Part shown: positions 35,499-38,861 of the stretch, piece by piece
How the letters are laid out: each line of letters starts with the position of its first letter
How positions within the stretch are numbered: the stretch's first letter is position 1
Origin: Candidatus Caldatribacteriota bacterium
GTDB taxonomy: Bacteria; Atribacterota; Phoenicimicrobiia; Phoenicimicrobiales; Phoenicimicrobiaceae
DNA length: 38,861 nt
Assembly (NCBI GenBank): GCA_034659055.1
Contig: JAYEGH010000151.1
Location: 1 to 38,861 of the forward strand
Direction of reading: 5' to 3'
Notes under the pieces: generated by a model
Databases searched by the model: none
What the model was told of the DNA's origin: nothing
The model's input: the letters and a program-made list of their open reading frames with translations, nothing else
Position numbers and translations under genes: made by a program

Positions 35499-35527
35499 AT
35501 TTTACTTAAATATAATTCAGAAGTCAA
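35499..35527 (-). promoter_or_regulatory. Sigma70-type promoter of the riboswitch-wtpABC transcript
   Basis: On the - strand: TTGACT (35522-35527), a 17-nt spacer, then TAAAAT (35499-35504). Confidence 0.55.
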
Positions 35528-35598
35528 TAAAAATAAATACGTATCGAACATATTGTATCGAGCTAAGAAAGAAAAGAATAGTTTTTGTTTTAATTTTT

Positions 35599-35627
35599 TT
35601 GACAAAAGAGAAATTTTGTTGTAATTT
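35599..35627 (+). promoter_or_regulatory. Sigma70-type promoter of the HutC/GntR operon
   Basis: TTGACA (35599-35604), a 17-nt spacer, then TAATTT (35622-35627). Confidence 0.5.
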
Positions 35628-35659
35628 ATAAGTACATAGGTAGATAAGTACATAGGTAG
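35628..35659 (+). repeat. Perfect 16-bp direct tandem repeat (candidate operator)
   Basis: ATAAGTACATAGGTAG occurs twice back to back (35628-35643 and 35644-35659). The repeat sits between the -10 element and the ribosome-binding site of the regulator gene. Confidence 0.8.
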
Positions 35660-35673
35660 AGAGGTGAGTAGTT

Positions 35674-36456
35674 ATGCAAAGCAGTATTGATAAGACCAGC
35701 CCAATACCACTTTATGTTCAGCTTGCAGAATGGCTGGAGAATATGATTAAAGAGGAAAGATATCAGTCTGGTACTAAACTTCCCTCCGAAGGGGAGTTGG
35801 CTCAGAAATTTCAACTTAATCGAAATACTATTCGCCAGGCTATTTCATTGCTCGTGCAAAAGGGATTTGTCGAGAAACAGAAGGGTGTGGGTACCTTTAT
35901 TAGAGAGAAAACCCCTTCTTTGGCAATCCATCAACTTAGCAGGATAGTAAGTTTTGCTGATGACTTTAACCTTAGCAAGATAGAGTTGGAGGATAGAATT
36001 ATTTTAAAGAAGAAGATCATAGCCGGAAAAGAACTGGCTGAAAAGTTGGATATTAAACCTAAAGATTATGCTGTAAAGATAGAGAGAGTGAGAATAGCGA
36101 ACAAAACCCCAATGATATTTGAAAGGCAGTTCTATTCCTTTAGGGATTTTGGAGACCTTCTTGAAATAGAAATTAAGGGTTCCATGTATCAGATTTTGAT
36201 TAACCATTTTAATGTTGATCTCGATCATTCCATCCAAACCTTTCGTGCAATAAATGCGGCAAAAGAAATTGCACAACTACTGAAAATAAACAGAAATACC
36301 TCTTGCCTTTTCTTAGAGAGCTTGGCCTATAGCTCACAAAATATCTGCATTGAAGTTCTTCAGTCCTTTTATCGAGGGGATAGGTACCGGTTTAAAGTTG
36401 AAACCGGACAGTATAGAAGACAAATAAATTTAGATGAAATTGAACGAAAGAAATAA
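35674..36456 (+). CDS. GntR-family transcriptional regulator, HutC subfamily (wHTH + UTRA)
   Basis: N-terminal LPSEGELAQKFQLNRNTIRQAI. The length and C-terminal region fit a UTRA effector domain. Confidence 0.85.
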   Translation: MQSSIDKTSPIPLYVQLAEWLENMIKEERYQSGTKLPSEGELAQKFQLNRNTIRQAISLLVQKGFVEKQKGVGTFIREKTPSLAIHQLSRIVSFADDFNLSKIELEDRIILKKKIIAGKELAEKLDIKPKDYAVKIERVRIANKTPMIFERQFYSFRDFGDLLEIEIKGSMYQILINHFNVDLDHSIQTFRAINAAKEIAQLLKINRNTSCLFLESLAYSSQNICIEVLQSFYRGDRYRFKVETGQYRRQINLDEIERKK

Positions 36457-36504
36457 TAGAGAGTTATTTTAATAAAAAAGTAATAATTATTAGGAGGAAA
36501 AAAT

Positions 36505-37380
36505 ATGGCTATTGTAAATGCTAAAGAAATGCTTTTAAAAGCAACTAAAGAAAAGTATTCTATTGGGGCCTTTAATATTACCAATATCATTCAAATGGAA
36601 GCTGTAGTCGAAGCGGCTATAGAAAAAAAGGCTCCTTTGATTATACAAATTTCTGTAACGCCATCCAAATTTTTAAAGCCAAAAGTAGTAGCTGCTGTAT
36701 ACCGGACTTTGGCTGATTCTGCTCCTATCCCCATCTGTCTGCATCTGGACCACTGTACAGATGTTGATTTTTGCCGTACCTGTGCTGATGCAGGATATAC
36801 CAATATTATGATAGATGCCTCTAAACAGGTCTATGAGGAAAATATCAGACAGACAAAAGAGGTTGCCGATTACTGTCACAGAGTGGGGGATATATCTGTT
36901 GAAGGTGAATTAGGTACCGTTTCCGGCGTAGAGGATCAGATAAAAGTTGCCGAGAATGAAGCTGCTCTCTGTGATCCGGAAACAGCAGCGAGTTTTGTTG
37001 AAGAGACCGGGATAGATATAATGGCTCCGGCTATTGGGACTGCTCATGGAATATACAAAACTGCGAATCCCAAACTGGATTTTGATCGTTTTAAAAAGAT
37101 TTTTGATCTTTTCAATGGCAAAGAACCAACAGTCCCTTTGGTTATTCACGGTGGAACCGGCCTAAAACCGGAGGTGGTAAAAAAATTGGTAGCTCTGGGA
37201 GGGTCAAAATTTAATGTTTCTACTGATCTTAAGCATGCCCTGATTGACTCTACCTTTGAATATGTCTTTGCAAATAGAGAACAATACAATCCCGGCAAGA
37301 TTGATAAAACTGTAAAAGAGGCAATTATTAAAAGAATTTATTACTGGATTGAACTATTAGGCTGTGCAGGAAAAGCCTGA
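36505..37380 (+). CDS. Class II ketose-bisphosphate aldolase (FbaA/GatY/KbaY family)
   Basis: YSIGAFN, LHLDH, GTAHG and IHGGTG metal and substrate motifs. Confidence 0.85.
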   Translation: MAIVNAKEMLLKATKEKYSIGAFNITNIIQMEAVVEAAIEKKAPLIIQISVTPSKFLKPKVVAAVYRTLADSAPIPICLHLDHCTDVDFCRTCADAGYTNIMIDASKQVYEENIRQTKEVADYCHRVGDISVEGELGTVSGVEDQIKVAENEAALCDPETAASFVEETGIDIMAPAIGTAHGIYKTANPKLDFDRFKKIFDLFNGKEPTVPLVIHGGTGLKPEVVKKLVALGGSKFNVSTDLKHALIDSTFEYVFANREQYNPGKIDKTVKEAIIKRIYYWIELLGCAGKA

Positions 37381-37416
37381 GCAATCAATTATTATTTTAT
37401 TTAAAAAGGAGCTTTA

Positions 37417-38520
37417 ATGATGAAGAGAGTTGAAGATTACTTTGTACCTTGGATTAAAGGGATAAATGCGTATGTTTCTCCCCATATAGAATTAGCCTGG
37501 AGAAATCAGAAATTGCACCGGATGATGTCAAACGAGAATCCCAATGAACCTTCCGAAAAGATACTGGAAGCTATTAATAAGTACGCAAGGATAACTAACC
37601 GATATTCCGATCAAGGTCTGGTGGTACGAGGTAAGATTGCTAAACTAAATGGTATGCATGGTCCGGAAAATATTATGATCGGCAACGGAACCAGTGAAAT
37701 TTACGATATGATGTGGCGAAGCTTTTTACAGCCTGGAGATGAGGTGATTCAACATACTCCATGTTTCGGTATTTATAAATTACGCTGTAATATTTTGGGG
37801 GGGAAGTTGATATCAGTACCCATGATCTACCAGGGGGAGAAATTACTCTTTGATCCGGATGCAATTATTAAAGCAGTAACCCCTAAGACTAAGATTATTG
37901 TTATTTGTAATCCCAACAATCCAACCGGTAATTTTATGGACGAAAAGGATTTTAGGAGAATTGCTAACCTGGGCATACCTTTTGTAGTGGACGAAGCCTA
38001 TATAGAATATTCCGGCTATAAAAAATCAATGGTAAAACTAATTGAAAAATATAAGAATGTTTTAATTACCAGAACCCTTTCCAAGGCTTATGGTCTTGCG
38101 GGTTTGAGGTTTGGGTACATGTTAGGCAATAAAGATGTCGTAGCACAGATTTCCGCTACTCTTATTCCCTGGAATGTCGGCACTATACCGATGTGGGCTG
38201 CCTTAGCTGCTTTGGAGGATACCGAAGCTTTAGAAAAGCGAATAAAATTTAATAATGCGCAGATTGCGTATATCGAGCGGGAGTTAGGTACTATTCCAGG
38301 AATGACCGTTTTCCATTCCCATGGTAATTTTATACTTCTCGATGCCAAAGGGACCGGCAAAACCGGAGATGAGATAGTGGTTTATGCACAAGAAAAGGGT
38401 ATTATTTTGAGACCGCAGAATAAAATGTACGGTAGTGATGGTTTCTTTAGAATTACTGTTGGGACTGAAGAAGAGAACAAGATTATGGTTGAGGCAGTAA
38501 AAGAGTTTTGCGCGAAATAA
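37417..38520 (+). CDS. HisC-like class I/II PLP aminotransferase
   Basis: SNENP, NPNNPTG, DEAYIEY, and the PLP lysine in LSKAYGLAGLRFGY. Confidence 0.85.
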   Translation: MMKRVEDYFVPWIKGINAYVSPHIELAWRNQKLHRMMSNENPNEPSEKILEAINKYARITNRYSDQGLVVRGKIAKLNGMHGPENIMIGNGTSEIYDMMWRSFLQPGDEVIQHTPCFGIYKLRCNILGGKLISVPMIYQGEKLLFDPDAIIKAVTPKTKIIVICNPNNPTGNFMDEKDFRRIANLGIPFVVDEAYIEYSGYKKSMVKLIEKYKNVLITRTLSKAYGLAGLRFGYMLGNKDVVAQISATLIPWNVGTIPMWAALAALEDTEALEKRIKFNNAQIAYIERELGTIPGMTVFHSHGNFILLDAKGTGKTGDEIVVYAQEKGIILRPQNKMYGSDGFFRITVGTEEENKIMVEAVKEFCAK

Positions 38521-38542
38521 TCATATTTTCGGAGGTAAAAAA

Positions 38543-38861
38543 ATGGCAGAAATAAAGGCTATAATTTTTGACCAGGATGGAGTCATTATTGATACCGAAA
38601 GGGACGGTCATCGTGTGGCTTTCAATAAGACCTTTAAGGAATTCGGTTTTGATTTCGAGTGGGATGTAAACTATTATCATGAATTGCTCCAGGTTGCCGG
38701 CGGTAAAGAGAGAATGCGGCACCATCTGCATACTAAAGGATTCGGTAGAGAGGTAAAACCTGAAGAAGAAGATGAGTTAATCAAGGCAATGCATAAGCGG
38801 AAAACAGAGATCTTTATTGAGCTTATTAAAGAAGGTGCTTTGCCTTTAAGGCCGGGTATTA
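38543..38861 (+). CDS. HAD-superfamily phosphatase, CbbY-like (partial; runs off the window)
   Basis: Not in the ORF track because it has no stop in the window. ATG follows a GGAGG site. Translation begins MAEIKAIIFDQDGVIIDTERDGHRVAFN, carrying the HAD motif I (DxDG). Confidence 0.8.
   Translation, partial: MAEIKAIIFDQDGVIIDTERDGHRVAFNKTFKEFGFDFEWDVNYYHELLQVAGGKERMRHHLHTKGFGREVKPEEEDELIKAMHKRKTEIFIELIKEGALPLRPGI

Noticed and set aside
1-38861. A window-wide search for CRISPR arrays, tRNA/rRNA genes, IS elements, integrases, prophage genes, toxin-antitoxin pairs and known defence-system genes.
   Set aside because: None was seen. No regularly spaced direct repeats occur, there are no cloverleaf-like GC-rich segments of 70-90 nt, and no ORF carries transposase, recombinase or nuclease-NTPase defence signatures. 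The window reads as core origin-proximal chromosome.

Overview
This window is the replication-origin neighbourhood of an AT-rich bacterial chromosome (roughly one-third G+C or less, judged by eye).

Gene content, left to right:
- Minus strand: dnaA-dnaN-recF plus a DUF721/DciA-like gene.
- Plus strand, diverging from an oriC-like spacer at 4476-5118: rpmH-rnpA-yidD-yidC-jag-mnmE, a 949-bp ORF-free gap, then rsmG-parA-parB.
- Housekeeping and stress genes follow: amaP/asp23, a polytopic membrane protein, an HD hydrolase, thrC, a beta-CASP nuclease, a MarR-thioredoxin-Hsp20 operon, an Fe-S aldo/keto reductase, rlmD and cca.
- A tungsten-related set: tungsten-type aldehyde:ferredoxin oxidoreductase (AOR), and a WtpABC-like tungstate/molybdate ABC importer behind a Moco/Tuco-riboswitch-like leader.
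- A stand-alone homolog of the archaeal ThrRS editing domain.
- A HutC/GntR-controlled operon (class II aldolase, HisC-like aminotransferase, HAD phosphatase) that runs off the right edge.

I found no rRNA, tRNA, CRISPR array, transposase, integrase, or recognisable defence or toxin-antitoxin genes. I do not see a clear novel multi-gene system.

The least-explained items are:
1. The 949-bp non-coding gap where mnmG normally sits. It carries parS, tandem consensus DnaA boxes and a purine-rich tract.
2. A GC-rich 13-bp inverted repeat that brackets the hsp20 cistron exactly.
3. The free-standing archaeal-type ThrRS editing domain.
4. The riboswitch-controlled wtpABC.
5. The HutC-aldolase-aminotransferase-phosphatase operon, whose promoter-proximal region holds a perfect 16-bp tandem repeat.

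All family assignments rest on motifs read by eye and recalled family signatures. No searches were run.
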